Positions 8,909-21,539 are shown, numbered from the stretch's first letter. The stretch: DNA of 64,000 nt from Candidatus Omnitrophota bacterium (GCA_023248155.1 JAHFFE010000001.1:84873-148872), one strand, 5' to 3'. Program-made: numbers and translations. Notes: generated by a model from the letters alone, not told the origin.

Positions 8909-9237
8909 GGCTTCACAAGTTGAATCAATGTTTCTTCTGTTTTCTGATAAGAACAGCGGCCCGGAATTTTCGAGACCACGGCAATGAGATCAATTCCCGA
9001 CGGAAATTCCGTCTGATTTTTACGAAACGCCTCTTTAAGCCATCGGCGGATTTTGTTTCGCTGGACAGCCGTCGGGGCGATCTTCTTGCTGACTGCGCAG
9101 GCAAAACGGGCCTTTCCCGTCGGACGGGGAAGGATCTTGAGTGTCATCCATTCTCCGCGAACTGTTTTTCCGGCCGAAAAAACCTTGCGAAACTCCTCTC
9201 GGCCGGAAATACGCCTCGACCGGCCGAATGAAGACAT
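8893..9237 (-). CDS. rnpA: ribonuclease P protein component
   Basis: 114 aa basic protein between rpmH and yidD; RnpA-like RR/KxxxxF region. Confidence 0.85.
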   Translation of the reverse strand: MSSFGRSRRISGREEFRKVFSAGKTVRGEWMTLKILPRPTGKARFACAVSKKIAPTAVQRNKIRRWLKEAFRKNQTEFPSGIDLIAVVSKIPGRCSYQKTEETLIQLVKPWSQK

Positions 9238-9256
9238 TTATTAAGGGGGTTTTGGG

Positions 9257-9394
9257 TTAAGGAATCAGGTTCTTGCGCCCGGTTTTCCGTCGGCGATTCA
9301 TGACTTTGCGGCCACCCTTGGTCGCCATCCGGCTGCGGAATCCGTGCCTGCGAGCGCGTTTGAGATTCGATTTGTTTCGGAGTGTTTTCTTCAC
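9257..9394 (-). CDS. rpmH: 50S ribosomal protein L34 (45 aa, GTG start)
   Basis: Minus-strand translation [45 protein letters not shown] matches the L34 consensus. The nearby ATG at 9400-9402 is out of frame (it hits TGA). Below the ORF-track length cutoff. Confidence 0.8.
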   Translation of the reverse strand: MKKTLRNKSNLKRARRHGFRSRMATKGGRKVMNRRRKTGRKNLIP

Positions 9395-9469
9395 GGGGGC
9401 ATTGTATCAGCTTGGGATTTATTTGGCAAGCGGTTCAAACTATGCTAGTCTGAAGAAACAATTCCTACT

Positions 9470-10825
9470 ATGAGCGCATTAAGTTTATCCCTCTGGCAAG
9501 AAGCCGTCGAAAGAATTAAGGGACAACTTCCCAGCCAAGCGTACGAAACATGGTTCGGGCCCACGCGGGCCGTTTCCGCTGCCGATTCGGAGCTGACGCT
9601 GGAAGTTCCCAATCCGTTTTTCCGCGACTGGCTGGTCAAACATTACTCCGAGCTGATCCAGAAAATACTACTCGAGTTGTGCGGCAAAAAAGTCGATCTT
9701 GTTTTTGTTTTTCCTTCCGCGGCTTCTGAAGTAAAACCGGATGATGAATCAACAGCGCCGTGGGTTCGCAGTGAGCAGGCGCCGGCAGCCGGTTCAACCG
9801 AAGGATTGCTTAACAGCCGTTATAAATTTTCGGAATTTGTGGTGGGACCTTCCAACCGTTTCGCGCACGCAGCCGCCGTGGCCATAGGCGAATCGCCGGC
9901 AAAAGTTTACAATCCGTTGTTCATTTACGGCGGAGTCGGTCTTGGGAAAACCCATTTAATGCAGTCGATCGGGCACCGGATCCGCGAAAAATTCCCGGCC
10001 ACAAAATGTTTGTATACGTCCAGCGAGCGGTTTACCAATCAATTGATCTCGGCGATTCAAAACCGGTCGATGGTTTCTTTCCGCGAACGGTTCCGGTCGG
10101 TCGATGTGCTTCTCGTCGACGATATTCATTTCATCGGCGGAAAAGAAGCGACGCAGGAAGCGTTCTTCCACACGTTCAATGCGTTGTATGATGCGCACAA
10201 ACAGATCGTGATCTCCAGCGACCGTTCACCCAAAGAATTACATGGCGTGGAAGAGCGTCTGGTTTCGCGGTTTGAATGGGGCCTGGTCACCGACATCCAG
10301 CCGCCGGATCTTGAAACGCGCGTAGCGATTCTCCGAAAAAAAGCGCAGGCACAGGGGACACAGGTTCCGGACTCCATCACGCTTTTTATCGCGGAGCGAA
10401 TCACTTCAAACATCCGCGAGTTGGAAGGGGCGCTCAACCGTGTCATCGCATATTCGGTTTTGACCGGCCGCGAAATTTCGCCGGCGATGGCGCAGGAAGT
10501 ATTGAAGGGAATGGTGGCGGAGACTGCCAAGCATGTGACGGTGGATAAAATTCAGCGAATTGTCGCTGATTATTTCAATGTTTCCATGGCAGATCTCAAG
10601 GGAAAGCGTAGAACCAAGGAAGTGGCGCTTCCTCGGCAGCTGGCCATGGCGCTCTCCCGGGAATTAACCGATGCTTCACTGCCGGCCATTGGAGAAGCGT
10701 TTGGCGGCCGCGATCACGCCACGGTGATTTACGCCTGTAATAAGGTGGCGGAAGATTATACGCAGGGTGGGAAAATTAAGGAATTGATCGATATCCTGCG
10801 CAGTGAATTCAACCAGGCTGTCTAA
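9470..10825 (+). CDS. dnaA: chromosomal replication initiator DnaA
   Basis: 451 aa; AAA+ Walker A GGVGLGKTHL; C-terminal DNA-binding domain ...LTDASLPAIGEAFGGRDHATVIYA. Confidence 0.95.
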   Translation: MSALSLSLWQEAVERIKGQLPSQAYETWFGPTRAVSAADSELTLEVPNPFFRDWLVKHYSELIQKILLELCGKKVDLVFVFPSAASEVKPDDESTAPWVRSEQAPAAGSTEGLLNSRYKFSEFVVGPSNRFAHAAAVAIGESPAKVYNPLFIYGGVGLGKTHLMQSIGHRIREKFPATKCLYTSSERFTNQLISAIQNRSMVSFRERFRSVDVLLVDDIHFIGGKEATQEAFFHTFNALYDAHKQIVISSDRSPKELHGVEERLVSRFEWGLVTDIQPPDLETRVAILRKKAQAQGTQVPDSITLFIAERITSNIRELEGALNRVIAYSVLTGREISPAMAQEVLKGMVAETAKHVTVDKIQRIVADYFNVSMADLKGKRRTKEVALPRQLAMALSRELTDASLPAIGEAFGGRDHATVIYACNKVAEDYTQGGKIKELIDILRSEFNQAV

Positions 10826-11013
10826 ATAGTCTATGAAAAGCCTGTGGATTGGTGTAGATTGGTGATTTTGTTGGGGGTTGTAGCTGTTTTTCAACAGCCA
10901 TTTTTGAAACCTATCCCCAAACAGTTAAGATAGTTGTGTAGTTCTCAACAGTTTAAACAATGCTTATTACTATTACTGTTACATATTAAACTTATAATAG
11001 GGACCGAACTTCT
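10826..11013. other. putative oriC (dnaA-dnaN intergenic region): DnaA-box-like 9-mers plus an AT-rich unwinding element
   Basis: TGTGGATTG, TGTAGATTG and CTATCCCCA approximate the TTATCCACA box or its complement. An AT-rich stretch ACAATGCTTATTACTATTACTGTTACATATTAAACTTATAATA follows. The strand switch of flanking genes occurs at rpmH|dnaA. Confidence 0.5.
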
Positions 11014-12111
11014 ATGAAAGCCCGTATCTTACGAGAGAACTTTTTAAAGGGAATACAGACAGTTTCCCCTATTGTTCCAACCCGAAGCACGCTTCCGATT
11101 TTATCCCACTTATTAATTGAAACAAAAAAAGACGCCATTCAAATTACAGGAACCGATCTTGAAATAGGAATTACCACAACTATTCCCGCCGAAATTCTTG
11201 AAGAAGGCTCCATTGCGATTCCAGCCAAGCGGTTGAGTGATTTATTAAAAGAACTTCCTAATGAAATGTTGCAGTTGGGATCCAAAAAAAATCAGCAAGC
11301 CAGTATTGAATGCGGTAAGGGTGTGTTTAAGATTATGGGACTTTCCAAAGAAGAGTTCCCACACCTCCCCCATTCTGTTTCACATGAGGCAATCTCTATC
11401 CAACAAAACCTGCTTCAAAAAATGCTATCACTGGTTGTCTTCTCTGTTTCAAAAGATGAGTCGCGGTATGTGTTGACCGGAATTTTGTTTGTCAGCAAGA
11501 AAAACACATTGCGTCTGGTGGCCACAGATGGCCGGCGTATGGCGATGATTGATCGCGAAGTAAAATCGGCACCGGCCGGCGAACAAAACCGTATCGTGCC
11601 CGAGAAAACAATCAATGAATTAATCCGGTTGTTGGGCGGCGAAGAGGCCGTAAAAATATCATTCAAGGAAAGCCAAATTGTTTTTGATCTGGGCAACACC
11701 ATTTTAATTTCGCGGCTCATCGACGGGAAATTCCCAAACTATGAGCAGGTGATTCCGGCCGAAAGCCCGCACCGGCTGCGCGCATCGCGCGAGGAATTTT
11801 TATTGGCCGTGCGGCGAATCGGGTTATGGTCCACACAGGAATCGCCCTCCATCCGCTTTGATCTGGCCGCCGACAAATTGACGGTTTCAAAACAGACGCC
11901 CGAAGTCGGCGAGGCGCACGAGCAGATTACCGTTGAATATTCAGGGCCTGAATTTTCAATTGGATTTAATCCCAATTATCTGATCGATGTGTTGAAGGTG
12001 CTGCCAGAAGAACAGATTGAAATTGAACTTCCCGGGCCCGACCGGCCCGGCGTAATGCGCACTAAAGAGCACTATGTCTACATCGTGCTCCCAATGCAGC
12101 TATCGAACTAG
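11014..12111 (+). CDS. dnaN: DNA polymerase III beta sliding clamp
   Basis: 365 aa, three-domain clamp; ...LVATDGRRMA... and C-terminal MQLSN. Confidence 0.95.
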   Translation: MKARILRENFLKGIQTVSPIVPTRSTLPILSHLLIETKKDAIQITGTDLEIGITTTIPAEILEEGSIAIPAKRLSDLLKELPNEMLQLGSKKNQQASIECGKGVFKIMGLSKEEFPHLPHSVSHEAISIQQNLLQKMLSLVVFSVSKDESRYVLTGILFVSKKNTLRLVATDGRRMAMIDREVKSAPAGEQNRIVPEKTINELIRLLGGEEAVKISFKESQIVFDLGNTILISRLIDGKFPNYEQVIPAESPHRLRASREEFLLAVRRIGLWSTQESPSIRFDLAADKLTVSKQTPEVGEAHEQITVEYSGPEFSIGFNPNYLIDVLKVLPEEQIEIELPGPDRPGVMRTKEHYVYIVLPMQLSN

Positions 12112-12122
12112 AACCAATTCTG

Positions 12123-14904
<2,782 letters not shown>

Positions 14905-14906
14905 CG

Positions 14907-17381
14907 ATGTATACGCGAAACGAAAAAATAATCCCGATTGCGATCGAGCAGGAGATGAAAGATTCGTACATCTCTTACGCGATGTCCGTCATCGTCGGCC
15001 GCGCTCTGCCCGATGCGCGCGACGGCCTCAAGCCGGTGCAGCGCCGCATTCTGTACACGATGCAAAACCTGTCGCTCGATCCGGGCAAGCCGTATAAGAA
15101 ATCGGCCCGTATCGTCGGAGACTGTCTGGGCCGGTATCATCCGCACGGCGACAGCGCCGTCTATGACGCGTTGGTCCGCATGGCGCAGAGTTTTTCGGTC
15201 CGTCATCCGATGGTCGACGGCCAGGGCAACTTCGGATCGGTCGACGGCGACTCCGCCGCCGCGATGCGCTACACCGAGGCGCGCATGGCGCCGGTGGCCG
15301 AAACAATGCTGGCCGATCTTGAAAAAGACACCGTTGATTTTGTCCCCAACTTCGATGAATCACTGACCGAACCGCGCGTATTGCCGGCCGCCCTGCCCAG
15401 CTTGCTGGCCAATGGCGCCAGCGGTATTGCCGTCGGTATGGCCACTAATATTCCGCCGCAGAATTTGCATGAATTAGTCGACGGCATTATCCGTCTGATC
15501 GATAATCCGGAAATTGATATCAAGGAATTGATGAAATCGGTCAAAGGCCCCGATTTCCCGACGGGCGGCGCGATCGTCGGCCGGCAGGGGATTACCGATG
15601 CCTATACGACCGGCCGCGGGCATATCAAGGTGCGCGCCAAAGCGCATATTGAAACCGGCAAGGGCGGAAAAGATTCAATCATCATTTCCGAGATTCCGTA
15701 TCAGGTCAACAAATCCACATTGCTTGAAGCCATCGCCGCATTGGTGCGCGACAAGAAAATCGACGGGATCGCCGACCTGCGCGATGAGTCCGATAAAGAC
15801 GGTATGCGCATCGTCGTTGATTTAAAGCGCGACGCCAACGGCCAGGTGGTTCTCAATCAGCTGTTCAAGCATACGCAGCTGGAAACAACCTTCGGCGTGA
15901 TTCTGCTGGCGCTCGTCAACAGCCGCCCGAAAGTTTGTACGCTCAAACAGTTGATGGAAGTGTTCATCGAGCACCGCAAGGAAGTGATCACGCGGCGCAC
16001 GCGGTTCGACCTGCGCAAGGCGCGCGAACGGGCCCACATTTTAGAAGGCCTCAAGATCGCGATCGCGAATCTCGACGAGATTATCAAATTAATCCGCCGT
16101 TCCAAGAGCGAAGAAGAAGCGCGCGCAGCCCTCGTCAAAACCTACAAGCTTACCGTGGTTCAGGCGCAGGCAATTTTGGACATGCCGCTCAAGAAGCTGA
16201 CAGCACTCGAGCGGACCAAGATTGAAGAAGAATATTTGGCACTGCTCAAGAAAATCATTGAACTCGAAGCAATCCTCGCCTCGGAAGCAAGAATCCTGGC
16301 GATCATCAAAGACGAACTGCGCGAAATCGGCAAAAAATATGGCAACGAACGCCGCACCGAAATTCTCGCCGGCGAAGCGAAAGAGCTCAACGTCGAGGAT
16401 TTCATCGCCGAAGAAGATGTGGTGATCACGATTTCCCATTCCGGTTATATCAAACGGCTGCCGGTGTCGGGTTACCGCAAGCAGGGCCGCGGCGGCAAGG
16501 GCGCCAGCGGTACCGATCTGAAAGAGGAAGACTTCGTCGAGAACCTGTTTATCGCCTCGACCCACGATTACCTGCTCTGCTTTACCGATCGCGGGCGAGT
16601 CTACTGGGTCAAGGTCTACGATGTTCCGCAGGCCAGCCGTCAGTCCAAAGGCAAAGCAATCATCAATTTGCTGCAGTTGGAATCGGGTGAAAAAATGGCG
16701 GCGTTTGTGCCGGTGCGCGAGTTCAAGGAGGATCAGTATCTGGTGATGCTGACCGCCAACGGACTGATCAAGAAAACGGCGCTCTCCGCCTACAGCAATC
16801 CGCGCCGGGGCGGAATCATCGGCATGGGTCTGGAGCTGGGCGACCGGTTGATCCGCGTGCTGATGACCGACGGAAAACAGGAACTGCTGCTGGCCACACG
16901 GCTGGGCAAGGCAATCCGTTTTCCGGAATCACAGGTGCGCGACATGGGCCGCGGCGCCAAGGGCGTTAAAGCGATGACGCTCGATAAAAAAGACCAGGTC
17001 ATCGGCGCGGCGATCTGCAAAAAAGGCGTCACCGCATTAACGGTGACCAGTCACGGGTTCGGCAAACGCAGCGATGTTGACGACTACCGGTCACAATCCC
17101 GCGGCGGTAAAGGAATCATCAATCTGAATGTCACCGATAAAAACGGCGAAGCAATCAGCTTGATGACCGTGACCGATAAAGACGAAGTGATGCTGATCGC
17201 GCAGCAGGGCCAGCTGATCCGATGTCCCGTCAAAGAGATTCGCGTGACGGGCCGCGCCGCGCAAGGTGTGCGGTTAATGCGTATGGGCGAAAAAGATACG
17301 CTGGCAGCCGTTGCGACGGTAGTTCCCGAGGATGAGGACGCCGCCGTGACCGAACTTGCCGCGGCGAAACCGGCCGAGTAA
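14907..17381 (+). CDS. gyrA: DNA gyrase subunit A
   Basis: 824 aa; active-site region ...[10 protein letters not shown]...; C-terminal beta-pinwheel repeats. Confidence 0.95.
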   Translation: MYTRNEKIIPIAIEQEMKDSYISYAMSVIVGRALPDARDGLKPVQRRILYTMQNLSLDPGKPYKKSARIVGDCLGRYHPHGDSAVYDALVRMAQSFSVRHPMVDGQGNFGSVDGDSAAAMRYTEARMAPVAETMLADLEKDTVDFVPNFDESLTEPRVLPAALPSLLANGASGIAVGMATNIPPQNLHELVDGIIRLIDNPEIDIKELMKSVKGPDFPTGGAIVGRQGITDAYTTGRGHIKVRAKAHIETGKGGKDSIIISEIPYQVNKSTLLEAIAALVRDKKIDGIADLRDESDKDGMRIVVDLKRDANGQVVLNQLFKHTQLETTFGVILLALVNSRPKVCTLKQLMEVFIEHRKEVITRRTRFDLRKARERAHILEGLKIAIANLDEIIKLIRRSKSEEEARAALVKTYKLTVVQAQAILDMPLKKLTALERTKIEEEYLALLKKIIELEAILASEARILAIIKDELREIGKKYGNERRTEILAGEAKELNVEDFIAEEDVVITISHSGYIKRLPVSGYRKQGRGGKGASGTDLKEEDFVENLFIASTHDYLLCFTDRGRVYWVKVYDVPQASRQSKGKAIINLLQLESGEKMAAFVPVREFKEDQYLVMLTANGLIKKTALSAYSNPRRGGIIGMGLELGDRLIRVLMTDGKQELLLATRLGKAIRFPESQVRDMGRGAKGVKAMTLDKKDQVIGAAICKKGVTALTVTSHGFGKRSDVDDYRSQSRGGKGIINLNVTDKNGEAISLMTVTDKDEVMLIAQQGQLIRCPVKEIRVTGRAAQGVRLMRMGEKDTLAAVATVVPEDEDAAVTELAAAKPAE

Positions 17382-17439
17382 GATTCTCCTTTTAAACGGA
17401 AAATGGGAGCGGTATCATAACCGTTCCGAGCTACTCTTC

Positions 17440-17513
17440 GTCCCCATCGTCTAGCCGGCCTAGGACGCGGCCCTTTCAAGGCTGCAACACGGGTTCGAAT
17501 CCCGTTGGGGACG
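17440..17513 (+). tRNA. tRNA-Glu (anticodon TTC), no encoded CCA
   Basis: GTCCCCATCGTCTAGCCGGCCTAGGACGCGGCCCTTTCAAGGCTGCAACACGGGTTCGAATCCCGTTGGGGACG; anticodon loop CTTTCAA. Confidence 0.85.
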
Positions 17514-17633
17514 CTATTTTCTTACGCAAAAACAAATCCTGTCAGGTATAGTTCATTTAGGTAATTCAGACGAGAAACCTTTTCATGGAAGGGCAACGAC
17601 TGCCCACGGAAAGGTTTATTTTTATCACCGTTT

Positions 17634-19943
17634 ATGAAGACAATACAAAAAAGATTTCGAATAATTATCGCGGCCGCGTTGGTGTTCTGTTTCGCAACAG
17701 AATGCCCAACCCCGTTTTTGTCGCACCACAGCTACGCTGCCGTAGAACAACAGACGCTCCGCCCCGGTCAAAACGCTGAAACAGCACCGGCAACTCTCAG
17801 TAACCGGCTGCAAACATTCGCCGGACAAGAAGAGCAGAAGAAAGCTTCCACGAGCTTTTTTAAATCAAAATGGTTTATAACAACGATGGTTTTAGTGGCG
17901 GGCCTAATCGCCACTCCGTTCCTTGCGCAACCCAATCGCAATAATAATATTCAACCGCCGCCAGCGATTGCTCAACAGCAACCTCCTCAGCAAATCGTTC
18001 GATATGAAACGGCAAGTTTTTTGACGGGATTTGAAATCGAACTGGATGCAGCCCAAAAAGAAGCTTTTCTCAAAGCGTTTCTTGAAAGCAATACGGAACA
18101 TGCGATCGCAAAAAACAGCATGATGCTTGAAATGGCGCGGTCGATGCCAAGCGCTATGAAACATCGCCCAGACGGGTCTCTTGTCGTCGTCTATATTCCG
18201 TCACAACCGCAACTTTATCTCTTAAATTCGCAGGGCCCTGTTTTTGTGCATCTCTATTTGAACCCAAGCTCGAAACGAGGGGTTCTTCATTTTGACGGAG
18301 CGCTGGGAACAAAAGAAGAATTTGCCGTGGCATTGCGGGAATTAAAGAATCCTTTTAAACGCTTATTGATGGAGCTTGTGGGAGCGCCCGAAGTTACTCC
18401 GGAAATGATCGAGTCAGTGGAGCAAAGCTGGAATCAGCAGGTTAGCGATGCTAAGAAAGCCCAAGAACGCTTTCCGAAATTCGAGCCTAATTTCGGAGTC
18501 CAACATTCCGAAATGCTGGACACATTGCCGCGCCGGACCACCTCGGTGGACACTTCCCAATTTGATGTTGCCTCTGCAACGGACGAAAGAACGAATCTGG
18601 AAACCGACGCTGTCCTGCAATGCATCGTTGTTACACTCTGGGACCCGGAGCATCAGGTGGGTGGGATGTCCCATTTTTGGTTTTTGAGGGATCCCGGCCC
18701 TGGAATGGGCCGTTTCCTTGCAAGGTTTCAGGAAAAAGGAGGCACGCTGGGACCACAAACTAAAATTCGGCTGCGCGGCGGCCGTCAGGGAGAGTCAGAA
18801 ACCCTCTTGAGTAGTTTGTTGGTTTTACTGGAGGGCAAAGGAACTATTGTTGAGCAGGATGTTTTAAAAGATGACGAGGCACCAGTTGTTCATATGCTGT
18901 TGGATGTGAAAACGGGTAACGTAGTCGATTTGATTGATGGTTTTGCAACGCTGGAAGATGCCGGAATTTTTGCCGATCGTTTGCAGGAATTAATGCAGCA
19001 GAGATTGGAAGCATTCTTAAAATTCCATGGAGACAAAACGGAGCGACTTTTAGCGGTTACAGCGGATCAACAATTAGAGTGGGCAAAAAAACGATACAAT
19101 ACATACATAATAACAAACCAGCAGGCACTCATTGAACTCAGACAGTTGTGGAGCTCTTTTTACATAAGAGATGTGGATCAGAAAATTCGCACAGCTAAAT
19201 CAAGCGAACTTGGCTGGGCCTCAAGCCCGTTTTCTTCGGCGTCTCATGAGTTGAGTTCGCATCGCGAATTAATCAGTCGCTTGTTCGGCAATCCGGTTAA
19301 TTTTGAAAAACTGGAAATAACATTTGAATTGCCGCCAGGAGAAGGGCAGGCCTACTGGGAATGGGTTCAAAGACAGGAGCAAGAGGTCCTTTATATTAGT
19401 CAACTGTTGTATATGTCGAGCTGGCAAGGGGTCATGCCCGATAGAATAAAAATTCCACGGATAGAGACAAACCCCGAATTTGGGATAGCAATTGCTCTAC
19501 AAACCGAACTGCGGCAAGGATATCTGGTTGTCGTGGATCTTGATTCTTTAACGGATGCTCAGTATCAACAGATCAAGTCGGCCAGGGCAACCATTCATCA
19601 GCGCTCAGAACGCCACAATATCCGCCTTCTTTTCCTGGGTCAGCCTCGAGAAAAGGCCGGCTTCAGAGATGATTTCCTGGAAAATGACACCATACGCGCA
19701 TTAGATGCCGACACACTCGCAACAGAGTTCGGCCGAATTCGTGGGTTGACCCGCGTCACCTTTTTCGGTTCCGAAAATGCAGCGTTGCCAATTCAAACAG
19801 CGGTGGAAAAATTAGGTGTGACCTTTGAGCAAAAAGAGTTTTCAGTTCTGAATCTGTTGAGAGGGTTTGGGGTTAACGCCATTATGCTGGATATTCTTGA
19901 AAACGGATTGGAAGAAGCCGCTTCCCTCGGTAAACAAGCGTAA
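17634..19943 (+). CDS. large secreted/membrane-anchored hypothetical protein with a central CheD-like (Cys/His deamidase-fold) domain
   Basis: 769 aa; N-terminal hydrophobic segments IIIAAALVFCFA and FITTMVLVAGLIATPFLA; Q/P-rich linker. Residues ~320-440 (LQCIVVTLWDPEHQVGGMSHFWFLRD...KIRLRGG...LLVLLEGKGTIVEQDVLKDDEAPVVHMLLDVKTGNVV) match CheD motifs. The C-terminal ~330 aa is unrecognised. Confidence 0.6.
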   Translation: MKTIQKRFRIIIAAALVFCFATECPTPFLSHHSYAAVEQQTLRPGQNAETAPATLSNRLQTFAGQEEQKKASTSFFKSKWFITTMVLVAGLIATPFLAQPNRNNNIQPPPAIAQQQPPQQIVRYETASFLTGFEIELDAAQKEAFLKAFLESNTEHAIAKNSMMLEMARSMPSAMKHRPDGSLVVVYIPSQPQLYLLNSQGPVFVHLYLNPSSKRGVLHFDGALGTKEEFAVALRELKNPFKRLLMELVGAPEVTPEMIESVEQSWNQQVSDAKKAQERFPKFEPNFGVQHSEMLDTLPRRTTSVDTSQFDVASATDERTNLETDAVLQCIVVTLWDPEHQVGGMSHFWFLRDPGPGMGRFLARFQEKGGTLGPQTKIRLRGGRQGESETLLSSLLVLLEGKGTIVEQDVLKDDEAPVVHMLLDVKTGNVVDLIDGFATLEDAGIFADRLQELMQQRLEAFLKFHGDKTERLLAVTADQQLEWAKKRYNTYIITNQQALIELRQLWSSFYIRDVDQKIRTAKSSELGWASSPFSSASHELSSHRELISRLFGNPVNFEKLEITFELPPGEGQAYWEWVQRQEQEVLYISQLLYMSSWQGVMPDRIKIPRIETNPEFGIAIALQTELRQGYLVVVDLDSLTDAQYQQIKSARATIHQRSERHNIRLLFLGQPREKAGFRDDFLENDTIRALDADTLATEFGRIRGLTRVTFFGSENAALPIQTAVEKLGVTFEQKEFSVLNLLRGFGVNAIMLDILENGLEEAASLGKQA

Positions 19944-19998
19944 AATTTTCCGCCTGAGTGAAATTGCAATTCCCCGTCGGTCTTGCTAAGGTAAAACA

Positions 19999-20721
19999 AT
20001 GACCCCTCCCGGAACGCTTTACTTAGTAGGTACCCCGATAGGAAATCTGGGCGACATCACGCTGCGCGCTCTTGAAACTCTCAAAACCGTTTCATTGGTC
20101 GCCGCCGAGGATACCCGACGAACCAGCCAGCTGTTCCAACGATTTGATATTCATACCCCGCTGACCAGTCTGCATGAACACAACGAAGGCCAGAAAGCGC
20201 TGCAGTTGATCGAACGGATCAAAGCAGGACAATCGGTAGCATTGGTCACCGACGCCGGAATGCCGGTTATTTCCGACCCAGGGGCTTACCTGGCGCAGTT
20301 GGCCTGGGAGGCCGGCCTGCCGGTTACGACGATTCCGGGGCCTAACGCCGCCGTCGCGGCGCTGGCACTTTCCGGATTTCGCGGCGAACGGTTCCGGTTT
20401 GAAGGGTTTCCTCCCAAAAAAACGGCGGCGATGGAACGATGGCTCAAAGAATTATCGACTGAAAAAATCCCGGTGATTTGCTACGAATCACCGATGCGTC
20501 TGGTAAAAACGCTGGAGTTGATCAAAAAAGTGCTGGGCGAAATTCCGATCGTCGTCGCGCGCGAACTGACAAAACTGCATGAAGAAGTGACGCGCGGCTC
20601 GACAAGCGAGGTTCTCGCGCGCTATACTACACGAGCGCCCAAAGGCGAAGTGACGCTTCTTTTTTTGCCGACTGAAAACGAAAATGACGAACCCAAAAAT
20701 CCATCCCACAGCGATCATTGA
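19999..20721 (+). CDS. rsmI: 16S rRNA (cytidine1402-2'-O)-methyltransferase RsmI
   Basis: LYLVGTPIGNLGDITLRALETLK...VAAEDTRRT...; tetrapyrrole-methylase fold. Confidence 0.85.
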   Translation: MTPPGTLYLVGTPIGNLGDITLRALETLKTVSLVAAEDTRRTSQLFQRFDIHTPLTSLHEHNEGQKALQLIERIKAGQSVALVTDAGMPVISDPGAYLAQLAWEAGLPVTTIPGPNAAVAALALSGFRGERFRFEGFPPKKTAAMERWLKELSTEKIPVICYESPMRLVKTLELIKKVLGEIPIVVARELTKLHEEVTRGSTSEVLARYTTRAPKGEVTLLFLPTENENDEPKNPSHSDH

Positions 20722-21514
20722 TCCGGCCGCACAAATCGGCGCCGATGTTGAAATCGGGCCGTATGCCGTGATTGAAGGGGCCGTTAAAATCGGCCGCGGA
20801 ACCAAAATCTGGCCGCATGTCTATTTAGTTGCTCCTCTGGAAATTGGCGAAGAATGCCAAATTCATGTCGGCGCGGTGCTGGGACATCTTCATCAGGCGC
20901 TGCGCGAACAGCAGGTGGGCGGCGTGAAGATCGGCGACCGTACGATCATTCGCGAGTATGCATCGGTGCACCGCTCGTCGCAAAAAGGGACGAATACGAC
21001 GATCGGCTCGGACTGTTTATTGATGGGAACCGTTCATGTGGCGCATGACTGCACCATCGGAAATAAAGTGATTGTTTCCAATGGGACGCTGATCGCCGGG
21101 CATGTCACCGTTGAAGACAAGGCTATTTTGTCCGGGCATGTGGCCGTGCATCAATTCGTCCGGATCGGAACACTGTCGATGATCGGAGGTCTGGCGCGCG
21201 TGAACAAGGATGTGCCGCCCTATTTTCTGGTCAAGGGAGACTCGGAAGTCTGGTCTATGAACTTAGTTGGTATCAAGCGGGCGGGCATGTCGGAACGGTC
21301 CCGCGAAGGGATCCGGGAGGCCTATCGCCTGCTTTACCGGACCGGTTTAAACACCACGCAGGCGGTCAAATCGATCCAGGCGATGGATAAACTAACGCCG
21401 GAAGTCCAGCATTTATTACAGTTTGTGCAAGAAAGCCGCCGCGGCGTCTGCCGGCATCATCTGCGTATGCCGGAAGAGAGCCTCCTTGACATTGATGGTG
21501 ATGATGGGGTATAA
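20684..21514 (+). CDS. lpxA: acyl-ACP--UDP-N-acetylglucosamine O-acyltransferase (LpxA-like left-handed beta-helix protein)
   Basis: N-terminal IHPTAIIDPAAQIGADVEIGPYAVI hexapeptide repeats plus a C-terminal helical domain; 38-nt overlap with rsmI. Confidence 0.75.
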   Translation: MTNPKIHPTAIIDPAAQIGADVEIGPYAVIEGAVKIGRGTKIWPHVYLVAPLEIGEECQIHVGAVLGHLHQALREQQVGGVKIGDRTIIREYASVHRSSQKGTNTTIGSDCLLMGTVHVAHDCTIGNKVIVSNGTLIAGHVTVEDKAILSGHVAVHQFVRIGTLSMIGGLARVNKDVPPYFLVKGDSEVWSMNLVGIKRAGMSERSREGIREAYRLLYRTGLNTTQAVKSIQAMDKLTPEVQHLLQFVQESRRGVCRHHLRMPEESLLDIDGDDGV

Positions 21515-21539
21515 TTCTTTTTAGTCAGTAGTTTAACAG

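Noticed and set aside
9400-9402. ATG as rpmH start
   Set aside because: It is out of frame: it reads M-P-P-stop. The in-frame start is GTG at 9392-9394.
9273-9473. 66-aa plus-strand ORF between rnpA and dnaA
   Set aside because: It is the antisense frame of rpmH. The real gene is L34 on the minus strand.
9480-9495. TTATCCCTC DnaA-box-like 9-mer
   Set aside because: It lies inside the dnaA coding sequence, which makes it a weak candidate. The dnaA-dnaN spacer is preferred for the origin.
17084-17479. 131-aa minus-strand ORF over the gyrA 3' end and tRNA-Glu
   Set aside because: It overlaps a tRNA gene and the gyrA C-terminus; no homology-like features.
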